Made by a program: the position numbers and the translations under genes. The notes under the pieces are model-generated. The model was not told the DNA's origin and made no database searches. It saw nothing but the letters and a program-made list of their open reading frames with translations. From Actinomycetales bacterium (GTDB lineage Bacteria > Actinomycetota > Actinomycetes > Actinomycetales > CAVURS01), in assembly GCA_045807245.1 (NCBI GenBank), contig JBJMHS010000074.1, positions 21,026 through 85,025 of the forward strand: a DNA stretch of 64,000 nucleotides. Direction: 5' to 3'. Numbering within the stretch: the first letter of the stretch is position 1; every line of letters begins with the position of its first letter. Shown one piece after another: positions 21,195 through 30,474 of this stretch.

Positions 21195-23231
21195 ATGTGG
21201 GGGTCGGACACGCTGTGGCAGGTGCACACATGGCCGACCGCCGGCATCAGCTTCGGCGGTGACTACAACCCCGAACAGTGGCCCGAGGCAGTGCAGGACG
21301 AGGACATCGCCCTGATGAACGAGGCGGGCGTCACCGTGGTCTCGCTCGGCATCTTCTCCTGGGCGCTGCTCGAGCCGCGGCCCGCGGAGTTCGACTTCGG
21401 CTGGCTGGACCGGGTCATGGACCGCCTGCATGAGGGCGGCATCCGGGTCGACCTGGCGACAGCCACCGCGTCAGCACCACCGTGGCTGTCGCGGCTGCAC
21501 CCCGAGGTGCTGCCGGTCGACCGCTCCGGCAACCGGCTGTGGCCGGGCAGCCGGCAGACGTACTGCCCCTCCTCCCCGGTCTTCGCCGAGCTCTCGCTAC
21601 GGCTGGTCGACCGCATCGCGCGCCGGTACGCCGACCACCCCGCCCTGGCGATGTGGCATGTCTCGAACGAGCTCGGCTGCCACAACGTGCACTGCTTCTG
21701 CGACGTCAGCGCGAACGCGTTCCGGCACTGGCTCCAGCGGCGCTACGCCGACCTTGACGGGCTGAACGACGCCTGGGGTACGTCGTTCTGGAGCCAGCAC
21801 TACGGCGACTGGCAGGAGGTCCTGCCCCCGAGAATGACTACGGCGCAAGGGAACCCGACCCAGGAGCTGGACTTCTGGCGGTTCTCCTCGGACGAGTCGC
21901 TGGCGATCTTCACCCGCGAGCGCGACCTGCTGAACGTGATCACGCCGGGTGTGCCGGTGACGACCAACCTCATGGCCATGACCCAGACCCGCGGCATGGA
22001 CTACTGGTCCTGGGCACCGCAGATGGACATCGTGTCCAACGACCACTACATCGTCGGCAGCCTCGACCGGCCGACCGTCGAGCTCAGCTGGTCGGCCGAC
22101 GTGACGCGCAACCTGGCCGCTCGGTCGCGCGGTGGCCCTGGCTCGCCGTGGTTCCTCATGGAGCACTCCACGTCGGCCGTGAACTGGCAGCCGGTTAACC
22201 TGGCCAAGGCGCCCGGGCAGCTGGTCCGCAACTCGCTGACCCACCTGGCCCGCGGCGCCGACGGGATCGCCTTCTTCCAGTGGCGCGCCTCGCTGGCCGG
22301 CGCCGAGAAGTTCCACTCGGCGCTGCTGCCGCACGCGGGCACCGACACCAAGGTCTGGCGTGAGGTCGTCGAGCTGGGCGAGCTGCTCGGCCGGCTCGAC
22401 GAGCTGCGTGGCACCAGCGTCACGGCGCAGGCTGCACTGGTCTTCGACTGGCAGTCCCAGTGGGCCACCGGGCTCACCGGTCATCCATCGACACTGGTCG
22501 ACTACGACGGCGAGGGACAGCGCTGGTACGCCGCGTTCTGGGACGCCGGCATCACCGTCGACGTGGTGCCACCCGATGCCGACCTCACGTCATACGACGT
22601 CGTCGTCGTTCCGATGCTCTACTCCTGCACCGATGCCCAGGCGGCGAACATCGCGGCTGCGGCGCAGGCCGGGGCCGAGGTCGTCGTGACGTACTTCTCG
22701 GGCATTGTCGACGAGCACGAGCACGTCCGCCCTGGGGGCTATCCCGGCGCGTTCCGCGAGCTGCTCGGGCTCGCCGTCGAGGAGTTCTTCCCTCTCCCGG
22801 CCGGAGAGGCCGTGCACCTGGACGACGGGTCGACCGGCTCCGTCTGGAGCGAGCTGGTCCACCTGCGCGGAGCGAAAACGCTTGCGGCACATACGGACGG
22901 GCCTGTTCCCGGTTCACCTGCGGTGACCCGGCACGAGGTCGGCGACGGCGCGGCGTGGTACGTCGCGACCAGTCTCGAACCGGCATCGCTGCGGCGGCTC
23001 GTCGGCGACGTCGTGGACGCGGCCGGCGTATCACCCATCGCACGCGTGCCGGCTGGAGTCGAGGTGGTTCGCCGGCAGGGCGACGGGCGCTCCTTCCTCT
23101 TCGTCCTGAACCACACAGCGGACGACGTCGAGGTCGCAGCCGACGGCTTCGACCTGCGGCACAACCGCCCGGTCGATGGGTCCGCGCTCGTGAAGTCCGG
23201 TGACGCGCTGGTGATCCGAGAGATGGCCTGA
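21195..23231 (+). CDS. Beta-galactosidase, GH42
   Basis: GISFGGDYNPEQWPE, MWHVSNELGCH and FLMEHSTSAVNWQ are GH42 signatures. ATG at 21195, with an alternative GTG at 21222. The track ORF starts at 21042. Confidence 0.85.
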   Translation: MWGSDTLWQVHTWPTAGISFGGDYNPEQWPEAVQDEDIALMNEAGVTVVSLGIFSWALLEPRPAEFDFGWLDRVMDRLHEGGIRVDLATATASAPPWLSRLHPEVLPVDRSGNRLWPGSRQTYCPSSPVFAELSLRLVDRIARRYADHPALAMWHVSNELGCHNVHCFCDVSANAFRHWLQRRYADLDGLNDAWGTSFWSQHYGDWQEVLPPRMTTAQGNPTQELDFWRFSSDESLAIFTRERDLLNVITPGVPVTTNLMAMTQTRGMDYWSWAPQMDIVSNDHYIVGSLDRPTVELSWSADVTRNLAARSRGGPGSPWFLMEHSTSAVNWQPVNLAKAPGQLVRNSLTHLARGADGIAFFQWRASLAGAEKFHSALLPHAGTDTKVWREVVELGELLGRLDELRGTSVTAQAALVFDWQSQWATGLTGHPSTLVDYDGEGQRWYAAFWDAGITVDVVPPDADLTSYDVVVVPMLYSCTDAQAANIAAAAQAGAEVVVTYFSGIVDEHEHVRPGGYPGAFRELLGLAVEEFFPLPAGEAVHLDDGSTGSVWSELVHLRGAKTLAAHTDGPVPGSPAVTRHEVGDGAAWYVATSLEPASLRRLVGDVVDAAGVSPIARVPAGVEVVRRQGDGRSFLFVLNHTADDVEVAADGFDLRHNRPVDGSALVKSGDALVIREMA

Positions 23232-23232
23232 C

Positions 23233-24024
23233 GTGCTCGCCCGTCAGCGTCAGGAGCACATCCTCGACGAGGTCGAGCGGCACGGAGGTGCCCGCGTGTC
23301 CGACCTGGTGTCCACACTGGGCGTCTCGGACATGACCGTGCGTCGGGATATCGAGGTGCTGGCCCGGCGCGGGCTGGTGCTGCGCGTCCACGGTGGCGCC
23401 ACCTCGATCTCCGGACGCAGCGCGGACGAGCCGGGGTTCCTCGTCAAGTCCCGGCTGCACACTCGGTCGAAGTCCGCGATCGCCGTGGCGGCCGCACGCC
23501 TCGTCGAGCCGGGAGCCTCCGTCGCCATCTCGGCCGGCACGACAACGTACGCCGTCGCGCAAGAGCTGGTCTCGGTGCCGGACCTGACCGTCGTCACCAA
23601 CTCGCCTCCGGTCGCGGAGCTCCTGCACGAGCGCGGCGGCGACGGCCTGACGGTCATCCTGACGGGCGGCGTGCGCACGCCCTCGAACGCGCTCGTCGGG
23701 CCGGTGGCGGTCGCCGCGCTGCGCAGCCTGCACGTCGACACCCTGTTCCTCGGCGTCCACGGGATCGACGACCACGCCGGACTGACGACGCCCAACCTGG
23801 TCGAGGCCGAGACCGACCGGGCGCTCGTCGCCTGCTCCCGCCGGGTCGTGGTCTGTGCCGACCACAGCAAATGGGGTGTCGTCGGACTCTCGTCGATCGC
23901 CGACCTGGCGCAGGTCGACGTGCTCGTGACCGACGACGGCCTGGATGCGGCCACGGAACGCGTTCTGTCCCAACGGATCGGGCGACTGGTCGTCGCGCCG
24001 GCCGGTGAGACGGAGGGCCTGTGA
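23233..24024 (+). CDS. DeoR/GlpR-family transcriptional regulator
   Basis: N-terminal DeoR HTH (RQEHILDEVERHGGARVSDLVSTLGVSDMTVRRDIEVL) plus a sugar-phosphate-binding C-terminal domain. GTG start. Confidence 0.85.
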   Translation: MLARQRQEHILDEVERHGGARVSDLVSTLGVSDMTVRRDIEVLARRGLVLRVHGGATSISGRSADEPGFLVKSRLHTRSKSAIAVAAARLVEPGASVAISAGTTTYAVAQELVSVPDLTVVTNSPPVAELLHERGGDGLTVILTGGVRTPSNALVGPVAVAALRSLHVDTLFLGVHGIDDHAGLTTPNLVEAETDRALVACSRRVVVCADHSKWGVVGLSSIADLAQVDVLVTDDGLDAATERVLSQRIGRLVVAPAGETEGL

Positions 24025-25169
24025 GCGAGCACCCGGTTCGTCGGACGGCGGGGCGCCTGGCCGACGACAGGGAGATCGTCTACTTCGACGACACGGAGCC
24101 GTACCTGTCCGGAGCCGAGACGCGCGAGCTGGTCGACAAGCGTGACTTGGGCCCCGCCGCGCGCGCCGGTCAGATGCGCCGTGACCCGCTGAGCGGCGCA
24201 TGGATCGCGCTGGCGACGCACCGGCTCGAGCGCACGTTCATGCCTCCGGCCGACGAGTGCCCCCTCTGCCCCACCGGGCGCGGCACCGAACCGTCGGAGA
24301 TTCCAGCCTCGGACTACGACGTCGTCGTGTTCGAGAACCGGTTCCCCAGCTACTCCACCCGCAACGGGGCCCAGACCGGCGGACCGGAGGGCCTGGACGG
24401 CATCTGGGCCCATGCGCCGGCGGTCGGGCGCTGCGAGGTCGTCTGCTTCACCAGCGACCACAACGCGACGTTCGCGGACCTCGACCCGTACCGGGTGCGG
24501 ACCGTCATCGAGGCGTGGGCGGACCGGACCACCGAGCTGTCGCGGATGCCCGAGGTCGCGCAGGTCTTCCCGTTCGAGAACCGTGGCCGCGAGATCGGGG
24601 TCACCCTGCAGCATCCGCACGGCCAGATCTATGGCTACCCGCTGGTCACGCCCCGGACGGGCACGATGCTGGCCCGCGCGGCCGAACACCGCGAGCGCAC
24701 CGGCGGTCTCCTGCTCCGCGACATCCTCGACGCCGAGCGCGAGGACGGTTCCCGCATGGTTCTCGAAGGGAAGCACTGGTCGGCGTACGTGCCGTACGCG
24801 GCCCGCTGGCCGGTCGAGGTGCACCTCGCACCGCACCGCGACGTGCGCGACCTGCCCTCGCTGGACGACGACGAGCGGGACGAGCTGGCCCTGGTGTATC
24901 TGGACCTGTTGCGCCGGCTGGACCGGTACTACGTCGACGGCTCGGGTGGCCCGCTGCGTCTGCCCTACATCGCGGGCTGGCACCAGGCGCCGGTGCGGGA
25001 GGGGAGGGATCTGTGCCGCCTCCATCTGCAGGTGACGTCCGTGCTGCGCGCCCCCGGGAAGCTGAAGTACCTGGCCGGGTCGGAGTCCGGGATGGGAGCC
25101 TGGGTCAACGACACGACCCCGGAACGGATCGCGGCCCGGCTGCGCGACGTCGCGAGCGAGGTTTCTTGA
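24021..25169 (+). CDS. galT: Galactose-1-phosphate uridylyltransferase
   Basis: Zinc motif CPLCP and active-site HPHGQIY (HxHxQ). The GTG start overlaps the DeoR stop (GTGA). Confidence 0.9.
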   Translation: MSEHPVRRTAGRLADDREIVYFDDTEPYLSGAETRELVDKRDLGPAARAGQMRRDPLSGAWIALATHRLERTFMPPADECPLCPTGRGTEPSEIPASDYDVVVFENRFPSYSTRNGAQTGGPEGLDGIWAHAPAVGRCEVVCFTSDHNATFADLDPYRVRTVIEAWADRTTELSRMPEVAQVFPFENRGREIGVTLQHPHGQIYGYPLVTPRTGTMLARAAEHRERTGGLLLRDILDAEREDGSRMVLEGKHWSAYVPYAARWPVEVHLAPHRDVRDLPSLDDDERDELALVYLDLLRRLDRYYVDGSGGPLRLPYIAGWHQAPVREGRDLCRLHLQVTSVLRAPGKLKYLAGSESGMGAWVNDTTPERIAARLRDVASEVS

Positions 25170-26353
25170 CCGGCACGCGACGAGCTGACCTGGCCGGCTA
25201 CGCCGCTCGTGAGTTCGCAGGCCTGTACGGCGCCCCGCCCGCCGGTGTCTGGTCCGCGCCCGGGCGGGTCAACCTGATGGGCGAGCACACCGACTACAAC
25301 GCAGGCCTGTGCCTGCCGATCGCGTTGCCGCACCGGACGTTCGCGGCGGCGGCGGCGCGCGACGACGGACGGTTCCGGGTGCACTCGGCCCAGGAGGGCG
25401 CCTCGTGGGAGGGCTCCATCTCCGACGTGGGGCCAGGGCAGCCGGTCGGCTGGGCGGCCTATGTCGCGGGCGTGCCGTGGGCGATGGCGGAGGCGGTCGG
25501 GACCGAGCTGCCCGGGCTCGACCTGTGGGTCGACGGGCACGTGCCGGTGGGCGCCGGGCTTTCCTCGTCTGCGGCCCTGGAGTGTGCCGTCGCCGTAGCC
25601 CTGGACGACCTGGCCGGGCTCGGGCTGGCCACGACGGACGGCGGCCGGGCGCGGCTCGCGGCCGCGTGCGACCGCGCCGAGAACGTCGTCGCCCAGGCAC
25701 CCACCGGCGGCATGGACCAGGCGGCCTCGCTGCGCTGCACCGAGGGACACGCGCTTCTGTTGGACTGCCGGGACCGCTCGGTGGAGCAGGTGCCGCTGGA
25801 CATCGCGTCGCACTGGCTGGCCTGGCTGGTGATCGACACTCGCGCGGCCCACCAGCTGGTCGACGGCCAGTACGGCGAGCGCCGGGCCACGTGCGAGGCT
25901 GCGGCCGCCCTCCTGGGCCTGCCCAGCCTGCGCGAGGTGCCCGCGGACCGCCTCGACGCCGCCCTGGCCCGGCTCCCGGACGACGTGATGCGGCGGCGGG
26001 TGCGCCACGTCGTCACCGAGATCGAGCGCGTGCGGCAGACGGTGATGCTGCTGCGCGCGGGGCGGGTGGCCGAGCTCGGCCCGGTGCTCGACGCGTCGCA
26101 CCTGTCCATGAGGGACGACTACGAGATCTCTTGCGAGGAGCTCGACCTGGCCGTCGAAAGTGCCTGTGCCGCAGGCGCTCTGGGGGCTCGGATGACCGGC
26201 GGGGGCTTCGGCGGGTCGGCCATCGCGCTCGTGCCCGAGGACCGGCAGGACGACATCGGCCAGGCCGTGGAGTCAGCCTTCGCAGCCGCCGGCTTCACGG
26301 CACCGGGCATCATCCGGGCGTACCCGGCCGGAGGCGCCGGTCGCGACCTCTAG
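25166..26353 (+). CDS. galK: Galactokinase
   Basis: GRVNLMGEHTDYN and GAGLSSSAALECA (GHMP kinase motif). The only in-frame start directly after galT is the TTG at 25166, overlapping the galT TGA (TTGA). Confidence 0.88.
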   Translation: MTGTRRADLAGYAAREFAGLYGAPPAGVWSAPGRVNLMGEHTDYNAGLCLPIALPHRTFAAAAARDDGRFRVHSAQEGASWEGSISDVGPGQPVGWAAYVAGVPWAMAEAVGTELPGLDLWVDGHVPVGAGLSSSAALECAVAVALDDLAGLGLATTDGGRARLAAACDRAENVVAQAPTGGMDQAASLRCTEGHALLLDCRDRSVEQVPLDIASHWLAWLVIDTRAAHQLVDGQYGERRATCEAAAALLGLPSLREVPADRLDAALARLPDDVMRRRVRHVVTEIERVRQTVMLLRAGRVAELGPVLDASHLSMRDDYEISCEELDLAVESACAAGALGARMTGGGFGGSAIALVPEDRQDDIGQAVESAFAAAGFTAPGIIRAYPAGGAGRDL

Positions 26354-27231
26354 CCGACCGGCTCCAGGTCGAGCTCGCCGATCCGGGCCGGGTCCATGAC
26401 GAGGTCGATGCCCGTGACCTTGTCGGCGTCGATGCGGAACCGGAAGACCACCCGCGGCGTGCCGTCCATGAACCACACCGCGCCCGCGACACCGTCGATG
26501 TACGCCGTCCGAGCATGCCGAGCCCGGCCGGCGAACGTCCGGGCCACGGCCTCCGCACCGCGCACCTCGGCCTCAGCGCCGGCCGAGACCGCCACGGCGT
26601 CGGCGTGCACGACGGCCTCGGGGTCGAGCAGGGCCAGCAGGTCGTCGAACCGCCCTTCCCGGGAGGCGGCGAGGAAGGCGTCGACGACTGCCTGCTGCCG
26701 GACGCGGTCCACCCGGCCCTGGGCGTCGACACCCTGCACGCGGCGCCGGGCCCGGCTGGCCAGCTGCCGCGTCGCGTCCGGCGAGCGGTCGACGATCGGC
26801 GCGATCTCGTCGAACGGCATCGCGAACAGGTCGTGCAGGACGAACGCGAGTCGCTCCGCAGGGGTCAGTGTCTCCAGCACGACGAGCAGGGCCAGGCCGA
26901 CGGAGTCCGCCTGGACCGCCTGGCCCTCGGGACCCATCGCGTCGAGCTCGGCCGCCGGAGCCGGCCCATGACCGGGCAGCTGCAGGTCCAGCGGGTCCTC
27001 CCGGCGAGCCCTCCGGGAGCGCAGCATGTCCAGACAGACCCGGGACACGACCGTGGTGAGCCAGCCGGTGAGGTTGGCGATCTCGGAGGTGTCCGAGCGG
27101 CTGAGCCGCAGCCAGGCCTCCTGCACCGCGTCGTCCGCCTCGGCCCGCGAGCCGAGGACGCGGAAGGCCACCGCCTGCAAGTGCCCGCGGTCCTGCTCGA
27201 AACGCCGGGCCAGAAACTCGTGGTCGTCCAT
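26350..27231 (-). CDS. ECF sigma factor with fused C-terminal SnoaL/NTF2-like domain (ECF41, SigJ-like)
   Basis: Region 2 (DAVQEAWLRL, LTGWLTTVVSRVCLDMLR) and region 4 (ERLAFVLHDLFAMPFDEIAPIVDRSPDATRQLASRARRRV), followed by a roughly 110-aa extension. Length 293 aa. Confidence 0.85.
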   Translation of the reverse strand: MDDHEFLARRFEQDRGHLQAVAFRVLGSRAEADDAVQEAWLRLSRSDTSEIANLTGWLTTVVSRVCLDMLRSRRARREDPLDLQLPGHGPAPAAELDAMGPEGQAVQADSVGLALLVVLETLTPAERLAFVLHDLFAMPFDEIAPIVDRSPDATRQLASRARRRVQGVDAQGRVDRVRQQAVVDAFLAASREGRFDDLLALLDPEAVVHADAVAVSAGAEAEVRGAEAVARTFAGRARHARTAYIDGVAGAVWFMDGTPRVVFRFRIDADKVTGIDLVMDPARIGELDLEPVG

Positions 27232-27267
27232 CGGTCACAATCCTTCGTCGGGGTGCGTCGTACCGGT

Positions 27268-27294
27268 GACGGATTCCCACCACCCGATGTGACA
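27268..27294 (-). promoter_or_regulatory. ECF41-type promoter TGTCACA-n16-CGTC upstream of the sigma gene
   Basis: The minus strand reads TGTCACA (27294-27288), a 16-nt spacer, then CGTC (27271-27268), 36 nt before the sigma ATG with a GAAGGA SD in between. It matches the published ECF41 target motif as I recall it. Confidence 0.55.
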
Positions 27295-27304
27295 GGAGCA
27301 CACC

Positions 27305-27649
27305 ATGTCCCAGCCGATCAGCGTCCTCGTATACCCCGTCGAGGACCTCGAGACGTCCACCGCCATCTTCACCGCACTGCTCGGCAGCGAGCCGTACGCG
27401 TCCGCGCCGTACTACGTGGGCTTCCACGTCGGCGACCTCGAGGTCGGGCTCGACCCCAACGGGCATCGGCAGGGGCAGGCCGGCCCGGTCGCATACGCGT
27501 TGGTCGACGACATCACCGCCGGCCTTGCGGCGCTCGGCCAGGCGGGCGCCCAGACCGTCCAGGAGCCGCACGACGTCGGCGGCGGCACCCTCGTCGCGAC
27601 GCTGAAGGACCCGGCCGGCAATGTCATCGGCCTGCGCCAGAACCCCTGA
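27305..27649 (+). CDS. VOC (glyoxalase/bleomycin-resistance fold) family protein
   Basis: 114 aa. The size and the pattern (...FYTALLG-like, GNVIGL) are typical of small VOC proteins. AGGAG SD. Confidence 0.65.
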   Translation: MSQPISVLVYPVEDLETSTAIFTALLGSEPYASAPYYVGFHVGDLEVGLDPNGHRQGQAGPVAYALVDDITAGLAALGQAGAQTVQEPHDVGGGTLVATLKDPAGNVIGLRQNP

Positions 27650-27674
27650 GGCGGACCATCGGTACCTTGGGCCG

Positions 27675-28112
27675 GTGCGCAGCCTCACCGTCGACGACCT
27701 GAGCAGCTTCCTGGAGGAGCCCGTCGTTGCCGTCCTGGCGACGTTCCGCCAGGACGGCAGCGTGCTGCTCTCGCCGGTCTGGCACGAATGGCGGGACGGC
27801 GGGTTCAACCTCTGGGTGGGGCGCGACAACGCGAAGACCAAGCACCTCAGGCGCGATCCGCGGGCCACCATCGTGGTGGCCGAGTCCGGCCTTCCCTTGC
27901 GCGGCGTCGAGGTGCGCGCGGTGGCGCAGTTCGTCGAGCAGGGCGCCGCCGAGACGGCCCGGCGGATCGCCACCCGCTACCTCGGCCCGGACGTTGGCGC
28001 GACCTACACCGCGAACGCCAACGACGAGGACGACGTCGTCGTGCGGATCGAGCCGGGCCACGTCCGGGCATGGGACTTCGCGGACGAGTACGACAACCCG
28101 CGACCTGAGTGA
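27675..28112 (+). CDS. PPOX-class (pyridoxamine-5'-phosphate-oxidase-like, probably F420/FMN-binding) protein
   Basis: FLEEPVVAVLATFRQDGSVLLSPVWHEW...LRRDPRATIVV matches the split-barrel PPOX family pattern. I prefer the GTG at 27675. Confidence 0.7.
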   Translation: MRSLTVDDLSSFLEEPVVAVLATFRQDGSVLLSPVWHEWRDGGFNLWVGRDNAKTKHLRRDPRATIVVAESGLPLRGVEVRAVAQFVEQGAAETARRIATRYLGPDVGATYTANANDEDDVVVRIEPGHVRAWDFADEYDNPRPE

Positions 28113-28141
28113 CCGGACGCCGGACGTCCGGCCAGAACGAC

Positions 28142-28408
28142 TCAGCGCTGGCGATCGGCGCGCAGCACCTCGAGCCGCGCCCGGTACTCCTCCTCGGTCA
28201 CCTCGCCGCGGGCGTACCGCTCCGCGAGGACGGCCTCGGCGGACCCACTGGGCGACCACGGGCCGCGCGCGCCCCAGCCGCGCCGGCGCCAGGCCCAGGG
28301 CCGGACGACGAACAGCACCACGATCCAGAACCCGAAGAACAGCAACGGGATCAGAGGGAACCAGTAGAACCCCGGATGGCCTGCGTAGCAGACAGTTTCA
28401 GTAGTCAT
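28142..28408 (-). CDS. SHOCT-domain membrane protein
   Basis: 88 aa: one TM segment, then AEAVLAERYARGEVTEEEYRARLEVL (SHOCT). The ATG at 28408 has a GGAGG SD. Confidence 0.7.
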   Translation of the reverse strand: MTTETVCYAGHPGFYWFPLIPLLFFGFWIVVLFVVRPWAWRRRGWGARGPWSPSGSAEAVLAERYARGEVTEEEYRARLEVLRADRQR

Positions 28409-28490
28409 GCCTCCAGGCTGGTCCGCGTGGGGCGTCGCGTCGTCCGCCGTGGGAGGGCAGCTGGAGTACGCCGAGTGACGTACGCGGCGG

Positions 28491-29159
28491 TCACTCGAGC
28501 CAGCCCGGGCGGACCAGCCCGGACTCGTACGCGAGCACCACCAGCTGGGCCCGGTCACGCACGCCGAGCTTGACCATCGACCGGCTGACGTGGGTCTTGG
28601 CCGTCGCCGGGCTGACCACCAGCCGCTGCGCGATCTCCTCGTTGCTCAGCCCCTCGCCCACCAGCGTGACGATCTCGCGCTCGCGCTCGGTCAGCCGGGC
28701 CACGTCCGGCCGCTCGTGCGGCAGCGGCTTCGCGCCGACGGCGACGTGCTCGATCAGGCGCCGGGTGACCGACGGCGAGAGCTGGGCGTCCCCCGCCGCG
28801 ACGGCCCGCACGGCCTTGACCAGGTCGGCCGGCTCGGTGTCCTTGACCAGGAAGCCACTCGCACCGACGCGCAGCGCCTCGAACACGTACTCGTCCAGCT
28901 CGAACGTCGTGAGGACCAGCACTCTCGTGCTGACGAGCGACGGGTCGGCCGCGATCCGTCGCGTCGCCTCGAGCCCGTTGACGCCGGGCATCCGCACGTC
29001 CATCAGCACGACGTCCGGGTGGCTCTCGCGGGCCAGGGCCAGGACCGCCTCGCCGTCCGCGGCCTCACCGACGACCTGCATATCGGGCTCCGCGTCGACC
29101 AGCGCACGGAACCCCGCTCGCACCAGAGCCTGGTCGTCCGCCACGACCACAGTGATCAC
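28491..29159 (-). CDS. NarL/LuxR-family response regulator
   Basis: A receiver domain (VVVADDQ...DVVLMDVRMPG) plus a LuxR HTH (LTEREREIVTLVGEGLSNEEIAQRL). Confidence 0.9.
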   Translation of the reverse strand: MITVVVADDQALVRAGFRALVDAEPDMQVVGEAADGEAVLALARESHPDVVLMDVRMPGVNGLEATRRIAADPSLVSTRVLVLTTFELDEYVFEALRVGASGFLVKDTEPADLVKAVRAVAAGDAQLSPSVTRRLIEHVAVGAKPLPHERPDVARLTEREREIVTLVGEGLSNEEIAQRLVVSPATAKTHVSRSMVKLGVRDRAQLVVLAYESGLVRPGWLE

Positions 29160-30379
29160 GGCGTCCTCCGCGGTAGGTCACGATCGTTGTCAAGCGGAAA
29201 CTGTACGGCGACGCGGAAGCCGCCGCGCGGAGCCGCGCCAGCCTCCACGGCGCCGCCGAGTGCCGCCGCCCGCTCCCGCATCCCGGTCAGCCCGCTGCCC
29301 TCGGCAGCCGGCCCCGGTCCGGGTCCGTGGCCGTCGTCGACGACCTCGACCCGCAGCGTGTCGGGTGAACGGCGCACCGTGACCCACGCGCGGGTCGCGT
29401 CGGCGTGGCGGGTCACGTTCGTGAGCGCCTCCTGGACGACCCGGTACGCCGCCGCATCGACCGTCGGCGGAAGCCCAGAGGCCGTGTCCCCCAGCGGATC
29501 GAGGCGCGCCTGGACGTCGAGTCCACCCAGCCGGGCAGCCTCGAGGAGCTCACCGACACGGACCAGGCCCGGTCTCGTCGGCGGCGCCGAGTCGTCCTGG
29601 CGCAGGATCGCCAGCGTCGAGCGCACCTCCTCCAAGGCCTCCTTGCTCGCGCTCCGGATGGCGGTGAGGGCCGGTCGCGCCTGTTCGGGGTGCTCGTCGA
29701 GCAGGTGCAGGGCGACGCCGGCTTGGACGGCGATCATCGACAGGCTGTGCCCGATGGTGTCGTGCAGGTCGCGGGCCAGGGCCAGCCGTTCGGTGGTGGC
29801 TGCGACCTCGGTCTCCGCCGCGCGGGCCCGCCGGGCGGCCGCGAACTGCTCGGCGCGGTAGCGCGGCCCTTCGCCGACGAGGAGGACGACCACGAGCCAG
29901 GCCGCGTACCCGACCGCCCGGGTCAGGGTCGGGGCGTGGTCGCTCAGCGCGCCGATCGCGAGCATCCCGCCGTACCCGGCCAGGCCGATCGTCCAGGCCG
30001 CGACCCGCCGTCCGCGCGCCACGGTCACGATGAGGCCGAGGGCGGCGGACACGACGACGGGCCCGGTGGGGTAGCCCAGGCCCAGGTAGGTCCCGGCCGC
30101 ACCAACGGAGACGGCCGCCACCGCGATCGTGCGCCGGGGCAGCACCAGCCAGGCGAGCGGGCCGAGGACGACGAGCAGATAGGCGATCGGATCCAGCGAC
30201 CCGGACCGTCCCTGGCTGCTGGCCGCCCCTGTGGTCCCGGCGAGCTGAAGCACGAGCAGCAGCAGACCGACCAACGGCCAGGGCGGGCCCGACCGGCGCC
30301 CGTCCCAGCCGCCTCGGGCCCACGGCGGGCCACCCCAGCCGGGGCCCCGGCGCCGGCCGTCGCCCCAGCCGTCACGCAC
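29156..30379 (-). CDS. Sensor histidine kinase (HisKA_3 type)
   Basis: H-box ARDLHDTIGHSLS and HATPase motifs after several TM helices. I prefer the GTG at 30379 because codons 1-34 of the track ORF (ATG at 30481) have poor third-position GC and overlap the divergent MFS start. Confidence 0.75.
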   Translation of the reverse strand: MRDGWGDGRRRGPGWGGPPWARGGWDGRRSGPPWPLVGLLLLVLQLAGTTGAASSQGRSGSLDPIAYLLVVLGPLAWLVLPRRTIAVAAVSVGAAGTYLGLGYPTGPVVVSAALGLIVTVARGRRVAAWTIGLAGYGGMLAIGALSDHAPTLTRAVGYAAWLVVVLLVGEGPRYRAEQFAAARRARAAETEVAATTERLALARDLHDTIGHSLSMIAVQAGVALHLLDEHPEQARPALTAIRSASKEALEEVRSTLAILRQDDSAPPTRPGLVRVGELLEAARLGGLDVQARLDPLGDTASGLPPTVDAAAYRVVQEALTNVTRHADATRAWVTVRRSPDTLRVEVVDDGHGPGPGPAAEGSGLTGMRERAAALGGAVEAGAAPRGGFRVAVQFPLDNDRDLPRRTP

Positions 30380-30474
30380 GGGTCGAACATAACCGGCCCA
30401 CCGGGGGGCGGCGTCATCCCGTGGTGCCCACCCGGCGTACTCCCACGGGAGTACGCCGGGAAGACTGAGCCGCG

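Noticed and set aside
23250-25025. 591-aa ORF antisense to the DeoR and galT genes
   Set aside because: It is a shadow ORF. DeoR and galT on the plus strand have unambiguous family motifs.
25309-27702. 797-aa plus-strand ORF spanning galK (out of frame), the sigma gene (antisense) and the VOC gene (out of frame)
   Set aside because: It is an Arg/Gly/Pro-rich run-on frame crossing three independently supported genes on both strands.
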